Origin: Candidatus Krumholzibacteriia bacterium
Lineage (GTDB): Bacteria > Krumholzibacteriota > Krumholzibacteriia > LZORAL124-64-63
Length of the DNA: 64,000 nt
Assembly (NCBI GenBank): GCA_024763215.1
Contig: JANTFX010000004.1
Coordinates: forward strand, 8,961 to 72,960
Direction: 5' to 3'
Under the pieces are notes generated by a model that saw nothing but the letters and a program-made list of their open reading frames with translations, searched no databases and was not told the origin of the DNA. A program made the position numbers and the translations under genes. This document shows positions 10,819-19,066 of the stretch, piece by piece. How positions within the stretch are numbered: position 1 is the stretch's first letter; each line of letters begins with the position of its first letter.

Positions 10819-11586
10819 ATGGAACAGACCCCGCAACCGGCACCCATCATCCATCTGATCCAACTGGCCGGGGGCAAGGGTCTGCGCGCGGGCGGGGGTC
10901 CGGGTGCGGCGCCCAAGCAGTTCCGCCCGACCGGCCGCGGGCTGCTGTTCACCGTGAGCCTGCGGGCGTTCCTGGAGGGCGGACGGGAGCACGGTTACCG
11001 GGTGGGTTCGGTGACGGTGGTGGTGCCGGATGATTGGCGGGAAACCGCTCTCGATGCCCTGACCGGACTGATGGCCGGGCAGGGGGGAACCCCCTGGACC
11101 CTGGCGCCGGCCGGATCCTCCCGGACGGCCTCGACCTGGAACGCCTTGTCGGTGATGGCGGGCGGGGATGCCGGCCTGCCCGAGATCGGGGACCGGGACC
11201 TGGTGGCCATCCACGACGCGGCCCGGCCGTTCGCCACGGCGGCGTTGCTGGGCCGGCTGATCAAGGCCGCGGCCGGGGCCGGGTGCGCGGTGCCCGGAGT
11301 TCCGGTCATCGACACGGTGGTGCAGGCCGCGGAGGCCTCCGGACGGGTGCGGGTGCGGTATCTGCCGCGCGAGACCCTGTCGGCGGTGCAGACGCCGCAG
11401 GTCTGCCGCTGGGATCTGGCCCTGGCCGCCCACCGCTGGGCCGCCGGAAACGGGGCCGAGTTCACCGATGACGGCGGGTTGCTGGCCGACAGGGGCCATC
11501 CGCCGGTGGTCGTCCCTGGGGAACAGGGCAACTGGAAGGTGACCACCGAGGAACAGTGGCAGCGGGCGCGCGATATCCTGACCTGA
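10819..11586 (+). CDS. ispD: IspD-like 2-C-methyl-D-erythritol 4-phosphate cytidylyltransferase
   Basis: LAGGKGLR..PKQF, IHDAARPF, AVQTPQ, TDD, NWKVTT. Lies directly after radA, a common synteny. Confidence 0.8.
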   Translation: MEQTPQPAPIIHLIQLAGGKGLRAGGGPGAAPKQFRPTGRGLLFTVSLRAFLEGGREHGYRVGSVTVVVPDDWRETALDALTGLMAGQGGTPWTLAPAGSSRTASTWNALSVMAGGDAGLPEIGDRDLVAIHDAARPFATAALLGRLIKAAAGAGCAVPGVPVIDTVVQAAEASGRVRVRYLPRETLSAVQTPQVCRWDLALAAHRWAAGNGAEFTDDGGLLADRGHPPVVVPGEQGNWKVTTEEQWQRARDILT

Positions 11587-11597
11587 ATTTCCGGGCA

Positions 11598-11634
11598 ATA
11601 AAAACCGGGCCCTGGCGGCAAGCCGGGCCCGGTT
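11598..11634 (-). terminator. Rho-independent terminator between convergent ispD and OMP genes
   Basis: Stem AACCGGGCCC(T)GGC / GCCGGGCCCGGTT. The A-run at 11600-11604 gives a U-tract on the minus strand. Confidence 0.7.
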
Positions 11635-11666
11635 CGTCGTATCGGCTCCGTCGCGGCGGAAAAATA

Positions 11667-12209
11667 TCAGTTGCCGAGGTTGAAGGAGAAACCGCCGCCG
11701 ATGGTGAACTGGTCCACGTCGCTGACCACACGGTAACGGGCCTCGATGAACATGTTGTTGTTGAAGTCGAGGCCCCCGCCCAGATCCAGCCCCAGCTTGG
11801 TCTCCGAGTCGTCGACGCTTGCGGAATATCCAGGCAGGCCGGTCACGGCCTCGGGCAGATCCCAGGAAAAGAAATGCAGGGCCAGGCCGGCGGTGAAGTA
11901 GGGCACGAAGGCCGGGTTGTCGATGACCAGGTTGTAACGGGAGCGCGCGCCGAGGGCGAAATCGCTCAGATCCCAACCGTCGTAACCGCTCAGGTTCGAT
12001 GACCAGTAGTCGGCGGTGAAGGCCAGACCGAACATGGGGGTCAAGGCACCCACGTCGACGACGGCGCCCACGCCGATGGTCCCGTCCAGATCGCTGGGAG
12101 CGACATAGTCCACCCGCGGGGAAACGCTCAGCAGGCTCATGCCGGCCCAGGCGCCGCCCGCGCCCAGAATCATGGCCAGTGTCAGGGTGAGGATCGCCGT
12201 CTTCTTCAT
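11667..12209 (-). CDS. Small outer-membrane beta-barrel protein (OMP_b-brl/OmpW-like)
   Basis: Signal peptide MKKTAIL..AWA, PYFTAGLAL strand, C-terminal IGGGFSFN beta-signal-like strand, GGAGG RBS. Confidence 0.85.
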   Translation of the reverse strand: MKKTAILTLTLAMILGAGGAWAGMSLLSVSPRVDYVAPSDLDGTIGVGAVVDVGALTPMFGLAFTADYWSSNLSGYDGWDLSDFALGARSRYNLVIDNPAFVPYFTAGLALHFFSWDLPEAVTGLPGYSASVDDSETKLGLDLGGGLDFNNNMFIEARYRVVSDVDQFTIGGGFSFNLGN

Positions 12210-12259
12210 TTGCAGACCTCCGTGTGAGTTAATCTTCCTTACCATACCGGGATGTACAA

Positions 12260-12323
12260 GGCAGGCAACCGTTTCTGGTTGCCTGCCGTGGGCATGATAG
12301 GCCCGGGTGACGCCTTTTTGCAA
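12260..12323 (-). promoter_or_regulatory. Putative sigma-70 promoter plus 5'-UTR hairpin for the OMP gene
   Basis: Minus strand TTGCAA(12323-12318)-N18-TATCAT(12299-12294), then a perfect 11-bp inverted repeat GGCAGGCAACC-6nt-GGTTGCCTGCC (12260-12287). Confidence 0.5.
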
Positions 12324-12431
12324 GCCATCTTTCATGGAAATTTTGCGATTCAGAACACAACCGTGGGGAATCATGATATCATGGCCAGAGCCAACACAGG
12401 AACTGAACCCGATAGATGGAGGGAAAAGCTG

Positions 12432-14186
12432 ATGAAACGACTGAATGGATGCTGGAAGCTCATGCTGGGGGGGCTATTGATCATCGCCTGGGCGGGGTGC
12501 TCGGGGGATTCCCCCACCACGCCGGATCAAGCGGGATCGGAAATCACGGCCCCAGCCGCGGGGCTGCAGAAGACCCTTCCGGCAGGAGAGGTTCGCCCCA
12601 CCCTGGATGAGGTCCTGCCGGGCCGCTACATCGTGCAGTTGAACGGCGACAAGGGATCGGTCAAGGCCATGGCCACGGACCTTGCCAAGCGCCACGGGTT
12701 CACCGTGGACCACCTCTACCAGGACGCGGTGAGGGGGTTCGCCGCCGGGATGACTGCTGATCAGGCCAAGCAGCTGGCGGGCGAGAGCGTGGTCCTGACC
12801 GTGGAGCCCGACCGCCTCATGACCGTGTTCGCCCAGCATGTGCCCACGGGCGTCGACCGCATGGATGTGGAACGGAATCCCGGGGCGGGGATCGAGGCCG
12901 GGCCGGTCGCCGTTGATGTGGATATCGCCATCATCGATACGGGCATCGATCCGGATCACCCCGATCTGAATGTCGTCGGCGGCGTGAAGCTCGTCGGTGG
13001 CGTGCCGGACCCCGACTTCAGCGACGGCTTCGGCCACGGAACCCATGTGGCGGGCATCGCCGCCGCCAGGAACGATGGCCGGGGCATCGTGGGCGTGGCC
13101 CCCGGCGCGCGCCTGTGGGCCGTGAAGGTCATGAGGGACAACGGGACCGGAAGCCTGTCGGATATCATCGCCGGCCTGGACTGGGTCGCCGCCAGGGCGG
13201 ACGAGATCGAGGTCATCAACATGAGCCTCGGCGGTTTCGGCTGGTCCGACGCCTACCGCAGCGCGGTGCAGGGCTGTGTGAACCAGGGCGTGGTGGTGGT
13301 GGTGGCGGCCGGGAACATGGGCATGGATGTCTACGGATTCGATCGCACCATCGGCAACTGGGACGATACGACCCCGGCGGCCTTCCCCGAGGCCATGACC
13401 ATCTCCGCGTTGGCCGACAGCGACGGTCTGCCCGGCGGGCTGGGCGCGGCGACCTCATCGGGAGCCGATGATTCGTCCCCCGGTTTTTCCAACACCTCCC
13501 ACACCGTGGTCGCGGGCAACCCCGTGAACTCTCCCGGTGCCGCCATCGACCTGATGCTGCCGGGCGTGGACATCATCTCCACGGTGCCCGGCGGCGGCTA
13601 TGAGGCCATGACCGGCACCAGCATGGCCTCGCCCCACGGCGCCGGCCTGGTGGCCCTGTACATCGCCTCGCACGGCCGGGCCACCGACGCGGCCGGGGTC
13701 TATGCCATCCGGCAGGCCCTGATCGATGCCGGGGCGCCCCAGGACAGCGCCTGGGGGCTGGCCAACGGCAGCGATCCGGACGGCAATCCGGAGCCCATCG
13801 GCATGGCGGCTCCCCTGTCCTCCTTCACCGATGTCGGTTTCCGCTTCTTCAAAGCCCAGGAAACCATCTACCCCGGCCAGACGATTCACGCGAGCGTGAT
13901 CATGGGGAACCGAGGCACCACCGATGTGGTCGTCCCCGTGACCGTGACCATGATCGAGCCGGAATCGGGCCGTGAAGTGATGACTCCGCGCACGGCTCCC
14001 ACCCTGGCTTTGGGGCAGACGCTGACCAGCTTCCCCCACATCCGGACCCCGTCGTCCTTGTCCCCGGGGGTTTACACCCTGGTCGTTCAGCATGATTTCG
14101 TGGACGATCTGGGGTTCAATGACAGCATGTCCATCGAGATCGAGGTGTTGCCCGCACCCCAGGGGCGACAGATCGTAGCCGACTGA
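12432..14186 (+). CDS. Lipoprotein subtilisin-like S8 peptidase with I9 propeptide and C-terminal Ig/CARDB-like domain
   Basis: Lipobox WAGC; IIDTGID, GHGTHVAG, GTSMASPH; propeptide RYIVQL..GFAAGM. Confidence 0.9.
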   Translation: MKRLNGCWKLMLGGLLIIAWAGCSGDSPTTPDQAGSEITAPAAGLQKTLPAGEVRPTLDEVLPGRYIVQLNGDKGSVKAMATDLAKRHGFTVDHLYQDAVRGFAAGMTADQAKQLAGESVVLTVEPDRLMTVFAQHVPTGVDRMDVERNPGAGIEAGPVAVDVDIAIIDTGIDPDHPDLNVVGGVKLVGGVPDPDFSDGFGHGTHVAGIAAARNDGRGIVGVAPGARLWAVKVMRDNGTGSLSDIIAGLDWVAARADEIEVINMSLGGFGWSDAYRSAVQGCVNQGVVVVVAAGNMGMDVYGFDRTIGNWDDTTPAAFPEAMTISALADSDGLPGGLGAATSSGADDSSPGFSNTSHTVVAGNPVNSPGAAIDLMLPGVDIISTVPGGGYEAMTGTSMASPHGAGLVALYIASHGRATDAAGVYAIRQALIDAGAPQDSAWGLANGSDPDGNPEPIGMAAPLSSFTDVGFRFFKAQETIYPGQTIHASVIMGNRGTTDVVVPVTVTMIEPESGREVMTPRTAPTLALGQTLTSFPHIRTPSSLSPGVYTLVVQHDFVDDLGFNDSMSIEIEVLPAPQGRQIVAD

Positions 14187-14207
14187 CAACCGGGGTTGGC
14201 GATCACG

Positions 14208-14234
14208 GGGCCCGGCCGCCGGCCGGGCCCTTTG
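14208..14234 (+). terminator. Probable terminator hairpin after the S8 peptidase
   Basis: GGGCCCGGCC-GCC-GGCCGGGCCC followed by TTTG; the U-tract is short. Confidence 0.5.
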
Positions 14235-14331
14235 CACATGATCGGGCCGGGGGCTTGCGGGGCTGGCCGGATCTACGGATACTGATCAAAGACTATAATT
14301 GTTTTCTTTGTGTGCGAAAAGGAGTCTTGCC

Positions 14332-14895
14332 ATGCGGGATCTTGTCGTCGGCGCGCTGGTTCTGGTAGCTTGCCTGATGGTGGCCGGCGCGGGGTATGCC
14401 CAGTTCCAGGATCTGCCTCGCGTCGGTTTGAGCGCTTCGGCCACCTCGTACGTGGACTCGGTCGCCGTGGATCTGGGCGCCCCCTTCACGGTCTATGCCT
14501 GCATCTTCGGACCGGACGCCCAAACCCCCCTGCAGGAGACGATTTCCAGCGTGCCCTGGGTCATCCACCAGGTGTGTTGCGGGGCGGCCATGGAGATCCT
14601 GGATGTGCAGTACAACCCCGAGCTGGAGCACACGGGCCACCCCTTGGCCGGCGTGCGCAGCACCGCTCCTGAATGCCTGCAGCGTGATTCGCTGCTGCTG
14701 GCCACCTTGCTGGTTCAGGTCACGGCGGACCAGCCGGGGGAGTTCCTGTGGGCCGCCGGACTGGCCGACGCCTACGTGGACTGCAACGGGGACAACCCCT
14801 TGTTCCAGGGGCTTCCGGTGCTGATCATCGCCGATGGCGGCCAGGTTCCTGACGGCAAGACTAGCTGGGGGGGGCTGAAGGCCCTGTATCGCTGA
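14332..14895 (+). CDS. Secreted hypothetical protein with C-terminal SWGGLKALYR motif
   Basis: AAGGAG RBS, signal peptide ending AYA-like (GYA), several Cys including a CC pair, terminal GKTSWGGLKALYR*. Confidence 0.75.
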   Translation: MRDLVVGALVLVACLMVAGAGYAQFQDLPRVGLSASATSYVDSVAVDLGAPFTVYACIFGPDAQTPLQETISSVPWVIHQVCCGAAMEILDVQYNPELEHTGHPLAGVRSTAPECLQRDSLLLATLLVQVTADQPGEFLWAAGLADAYVDCNGDNPLFQGLPVLIIADGGQVPDGKTSWGGLKALYR

Positions 14896-14915
14896 CCGCT
14901 GATACCCCGTGAGTC

Positions 14916-15734
14916 CTACTGTACAAGGGTGATGGTCCTGAGCCGTGTGGTGGCCCCCGCTTCCAGCTGAACCAGGTATGTGCCGCTGGGTTGACGTCGC
15001 CCGGTGTTGTCGGTGCCGCGCCACGTTACCTCGTAGCGCCGGCCGGCGGCCCGGGTATCGTCAACCAGGGTAGACACGAGGCGGCCCCGCAGGTCCAGGA
15101 TCCGGAGCTGGACGGCGACATCCGCCGCCCCGGGGGCCAGCTCGAAGGGGATCCGCGTGGAAGGGTTGAAGGGGTTGGGGTAACCGGCCAGGAGCTGGTG
15201 CCCGGCGCCGGGAATCTCGGGCGCTGGTGAAAGCAGAGCGGCCAGGCCCTGGTCGATGGCCCCGCGCAGGGCCGCATCATCGTAGTCACCCCGCCAGATC
15301 ACGATACCGTCGCCCCCGATGACGAACAGGTAGTCGTAACCGCAGTTGTAGTCGGTGGTGATGCCCGCGGCGCCGCCGTACATCAGGATGGGGTAGGTGA
15401 CACCCGAACCTGAAGCGAAGATGTCCACCTGCGGCACTCCTCCGTCCCACACGTCGATGGCCAGGGCCGCGAAAGGCTGATCCTTGTAGGTCTGATAAAT
15501 GGCCTCCGTACCGGGGCCGTTGTTGATGCAGGCGATTCAACCGTAACCGATGATGAAGAGCATGACCACCTGGCCCTGATGCTCGCTAAGGGTGTGGATG
15601 GTCGTGCCGGGAAATTCGGTCAGGGCGAAGTCCGCGGCCACGGTGCCCGGGTCACCGGGTCCGGGTCCGGCCAGGGCGCCCGCGGCGGCAGCCAGGCAGC
15701 AGGCAAGGGCGATGGCTGTGCTGGGTTTTCTCAT
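14916..15734 (-). CDS. Secreted selenoprotein: thioredoxin-fold redoxin (UxxC) fused to a FlgD-Ig-type C-terminal domain; in-frame TGA at 15537-15539 read as Sec66
   Basis: ORF-track pieces 15537..15779 and 14916..15452 share a frame. Read-through gives ADFAL..LSEHQGQVVMLFIIGYG-U-IAC..YKDQPFAALAID..GVTYPIL..LFVIGGDGIVIW, a TlpA/AhpC-like fold, then YPNPFNPST CTD. Confidence 0.85.
15501..15518 (-). promoter_or_regulatory. Bacterial SECIS-like hairpin
   Basis: mRNA GGCCCC-GGUAC-GG(A)GGCC starts 18 nt after the UGA; the apical loop begins with G about 25 nt from the UGA, fitting bSECIS geometry. Confidence 0.65.
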
Positions 15735-15916
15735 GGGGTTCCGGCCTTTCGTTCGCTGGTGGAGCCCGTCATTTAACAAGACAAAAACGGTATTGAATTT
15801 ATACGAAGCTGGCCCCCCTCCCGCAACCCCGCCCCATGCGATCTCCGTGTCAGAACCTTGGCAGGAGATCTCCCATGGGGTATGGTGGCAAGCCGAACGG
15901 GAGGAAGGGAGACGTC

Positions 15917-16606
15917 ATGATCATCAACGACCACGGCCGGGGTCATTTGCGGATCCTCCAGTTGCATCTGGGCGGGGATCGCAACTTCCAGTACCTGCTG
16001 GCGGATGCCCGCACGGGCGAGGCGGTGGCGGTGGACCCCGGATTCGCGCCATCGCGCATGCTGGCCATCGCCCGGGAACAGGGGCTGACCATAGGACAGA
16101 TCCTGATCACGCATGGCCACTCCGATCACCAGGGCGGAGCCGTCGAACTGGCCGCTTTGACCGGGGCGGTCATCCTGGCGGGGGATCCGGGTGACCTGGC
16201 CGGGGCCGAGCCCCTGGCCGACGACCAGTTGCTGAGGCTCGGGGGGCTGGTCGTCCGCGCCCTGGCCACCCCCGGCCACGCCCCCGACCATTTCTGCTTC
16301 ATGTGCCAGGACTGCCTGCTGACCGGGGATCTGCTTTTCTGCGGCAAGGTGGGCGGCACGGGCCCGTATTTCCCCGGCTCCAGCGCCGGCCAGGAATGGG
16401 AATCGCTGCAGCGCCTGCTGCTGCTGCCGCCCGAGACCCGCATCTATCCCGGCCACGATTACTACGGGGGCCAGGGCACCATGCCGTTTTCCACGCTGGC
16501 GTTCGAGCAGGAGCACAACCCCTTCCTGACCAGCGGGGGGTTCGAGGCCTTCTGCGCCCTCAAGGAGAACTGGGCGGAGTACAAGGAAGAGCACGGTATC
16601 AGGTGA
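15917..16606 (+). CDS. MBL-fold metallo-hydrolase (glyoxalase II/ETHE1-like)
   Basis: THGHSDH (HxHxDH), TPGH, LLTGDLLF, IYPGHDY. Confidence 0.9.
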   Translation: MIINDHGRGHLRILQLHLGGDRNFQYLLADARTGEAVAVDPGFAPSRMLAIAREQGLTIGQILITHGHSDHQGGAVELAALTGAVILAGDPGDLAGAEPLADDQLLRLGGLVVRALATPGHAPDHFCFMCQDCLLTGDLLFCGKVGGTGPYFPGSSAGQEWESLQRLLLLPPETRIYPGHDYYGGQGTMPFSTLAFEQEHNPFLTSGGFEAFCALKENWAEYKEEHGIR

Positions 16607-18945
16607 GGTATCTACCCCTGGGCGGACAGGACGGACCCGGCGCCATCTGGCGCCTGATCCTCGTCAGTTGTCTGGCGGTCCTGGTCGCCGTGGGCACGGT
16701 CAGCCTTACGGTCGATGCCAAGCTCATGCCGGCGGGCATCTCCACCACGGTGGCCGGGTTGCTGCTGCTGGCCGCCTGGGGGCTGGTCGTCCGTTTCCTG
16801 TTGCTGGATACGTGGGGGCGGCGCTGGTGGCTGGGCGTGCAGGTGCTTTTCCTGGTCCTGATCCTCGCCGCGCCCAAGGTGGGCATGGTCCTGGGGCTGG
16901 TCGGCTCGGGGTTCTTCCTGACCTTCCGCCGCTACCGCCCCTGGAGGCTGGTGACCGCCCGCCAGAGGGCCCTGGGTTTCGGCCTGAGCCTGGTCATGCT
17001 GCCGGCCCTCATCCTGGCCCGCCGCTTCTGGGACGTCGATGCCGGGGGTGTCTTCCTGGACCGGCTGCGCTGCCTGGGCGGCTGGTCCCTGGGTAACCTG
17101 ATCGGATTCTGGGCCTGGTCCCTGGTCCATCTGGTGCTGCGCATGCGCCTGCACTTCATGCGCCTGCGGCCCAAGCTGGCGGTCAACGCCATCCTCATCG
17201 GGTTCATCCCCCTGGTCCTGATCTCCGCGCTGGGTGTGGTGATCCTGTACACGGGCCTGGGCGGGAGCCGGGCGGTGCGGGCCCGGGACACCCTCGAATC
17301 ATGGCGGGCCATGACCGCCGAGGGCTCGGACCTGGCCGGGGCGGTCTTCGACACGACCTTCGTCTGGCCGGCCGCCGGGGGATCCAAACCCGGGACCCTG
17401 CGGGATGCGCACCGGATTCCGGCGCCGACGGTGTTGCCGGATCTGGCCCGTGATCTGGCCGGCGTCATGCCGGTGGCACGCGACACTGCAGGCCTGGCGG
17501 CGGTCGCGTCCGATACCACCGACTGGTTCGTGCTCGACGGCGGCATCTGGCTGGTCAGGTGGCAGGGTCTGGGGACGGACCACCCACGCGCCAAGGGCTG
17601 GAAGCTGGGTGTGCGGCCGTTGCGCCGGCTGTCCGGCATTCTGGGGGCCGCCATCGAGATCTCCAGCATCGACGCCCGTGCCGAGGGGAAGAGCCTGGTC
17701 CTGTCCGCCCCCTCGGAGCAGGACCGCAAGCTGTTCCCCGGCCTGAAGGTCAGCGCCCGGGACATCACCCCCGATTCCCCTTTCTGGGACCGGCCCATGT
17801 TCTTCGGGGGCACGCTGTTCCGGGTATGGAAGATCCAGGACCGGGTGCTGGATTCGGACATGGTCTTCATCAACCTGAAGGTGGGCTGGCCGGAGATCAG
17901 CGGGGATTTCTTCAAGGGTGAATCCAACATCAACATCGCCGTGGTCGTGGTGCTGGGGCTGCTGGTGTTCCTGTTCCTGGTCCTGGAACTGTTCGCGGTT
18001 TTCTTCGGGGTCAGGATCACCGAGGGGATCGTGAGCGCGGTGCATGCCCTGCGCGACGGCATGAGGGCGGTGGCCGCCGGCGATCTGGAAACACGGGTCC
18101 GGGTGCCCAACGAGGACGAGTTCGGCGACCTGGCCGCCGGCTTCAACGACATGACCGCATCCTTGAAGCAGGGCCGGGAGGTCGCCCTGGCCAACGACCG
18201 CCTGCAGCAGGAGCTGGCCACGGCCCGGGCCATCCAGGTCCGCCTGCTGCCGGGGCAGGTTCCACACCTGGACGGCTTCGAGGTTGCGGGCACGAGCATC
18301 CCCAGCCGGGAGATCGGCGGGGACTACTACGATTTCCTGGCCCAGGGGGAGGACCTGGTGGGCATCGCCATCGGCGACGTCTCGGGCAAGGGCATGCCGG
18401 CGGCGCTGCTGATGTCCAACCTGCAGGCGAGCCTGCACGGCCAGGTGTTGCACCCGGGGACGGTGGCCTCTGTGGTGGCCAGCGTCAACGAGCTGCTGGT
18501 GCGCTCGACCGACGCCCACATGTTCGCCACCTTCTTCTACGGCCTGCTCAACACCACGACCGGGGAGTTCACCTGCACCAACGCGGGCCACAATCCCCCG
18601 CTGGTCGTGCACAGGGACGGGACCATCGAGGAGCTCAGCCGCGGGGGGCTGCTGCTGGGCATGCTCGAGGAACAGGTCTACCAGCAGGATACGGTCACCC
18701 TGCAACCGGGGGATGTGATCGTGATGTACACCGACGGCATCACCGAGGCCGTCGGGCCCGGCGTGGAGGAGGACGATCCGGAGGCCATGTTCGGCGAAGA
18801 GGCCTTGCGCCGGGTGGTGCTGGAGAACCGTCACCTGCCCGCGGCCGGCATCCAGGAGGCGATCCTGGCGGCGGTGTCGGCGCACACGGCGGGGGTGCCG
18901 CAGTCCGACGACATCACGCTGGTGGTGATCAGGCGGAGGGACTAG
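16603..18945 (+). CDS. Membrane sensor PP2C phosphatase (SpoIIE/RsbU family) with HAMP domain
   Basis: Multiple N-terminal TM helices; HAMP (EDEFGDLAAGFNDM); GGDYYD, GDVSGKG, NAGH, YTDGITEA, DDIT. GTGA overlap with the upstream stop. Confidence 0.9.
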   Translation: MRYLPLGGQDGPGAIWRLILVSCLAVLVAVGTVSLTVDAKLMPAGISTTVAGLLLLAAWGLVVRFLLLDTWGRRWWLGVQVLFLVLILAAPKVGMVLGLVGSGFFLTFRRYRPWRLVTARQRALGFGLSLVMLPALILARRFWDVDAGGVFLDRLRCLGGWSLGNLIGFWAWSLVHLVLRMRLHFMRLRPKLAVNAILIGFIPLVLISALGVVILYTGLGGSRAVRARDTLESWRAMTAEGSDLAGAVFDTTFVWPAAGGSKPGTLRDAHRIPAPTVLPDLARDLAGVMPVARDTAGLAAVASDTTDWFVLDGGIWLVRWQGLGTDHPRAKGWKLGVRPLRRLSGILGAAIEISSIDARAEGKSLVLSAPSEQDRKLFPGLKVSARDITPDSPFWDRPMFFGGTLFRVWKIQDRVLDSDMVFINLKVGWPEISGDFFKGESNINIAVVVVLGLLVFLFLVLELFAVFFGVRITEGIVSAVHALRDGMRAVAAGDLETRVRVPNEDEFGDLAAGFNDMTASLKQGREVALANDRLQQELATARAIQVRLLPGQVPHLDGFEVAGTSIPSREIGGDYYDFLAQGEDLVGIAIGDVSGKGMPAALLMSNLQASLHGQVLHPGTVASVVASVNELLVRSTDAHMFATFFYGLLNTTTGEFTCTNAGHNPPLVVHRDGTIEELSRGGLLLGMLEEQVYQQDTVTLQPGDVIVMYTDGITEAVGPGVEEDDPEAMFGEEALRRVVLENRHLPAAGIQEAILAAVSAHTAGVPQSDDITLVVIRRRD

Positions 18946-19066
18946 CAGGGAAACCCCCGTGGGCCTCGTCGTTTGACAGCCATCAAGGAATGCTGGAATA
19001 CGCCGGGTTGCGGTAGTATCATCCGCCGAACATCGATTTCAACCCAGCCCAGGAAAAGGTGTGCTC

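Noticed and set aside
15537-15539. TGA as a nonsense mutation (pseudogene) or sign of an alternative genetic code
   Set aside because: It sits exactly at the redox Cys position with a SECIS-like hairpin downstream; other genes here end normally in TGA and use TGG for Trp.
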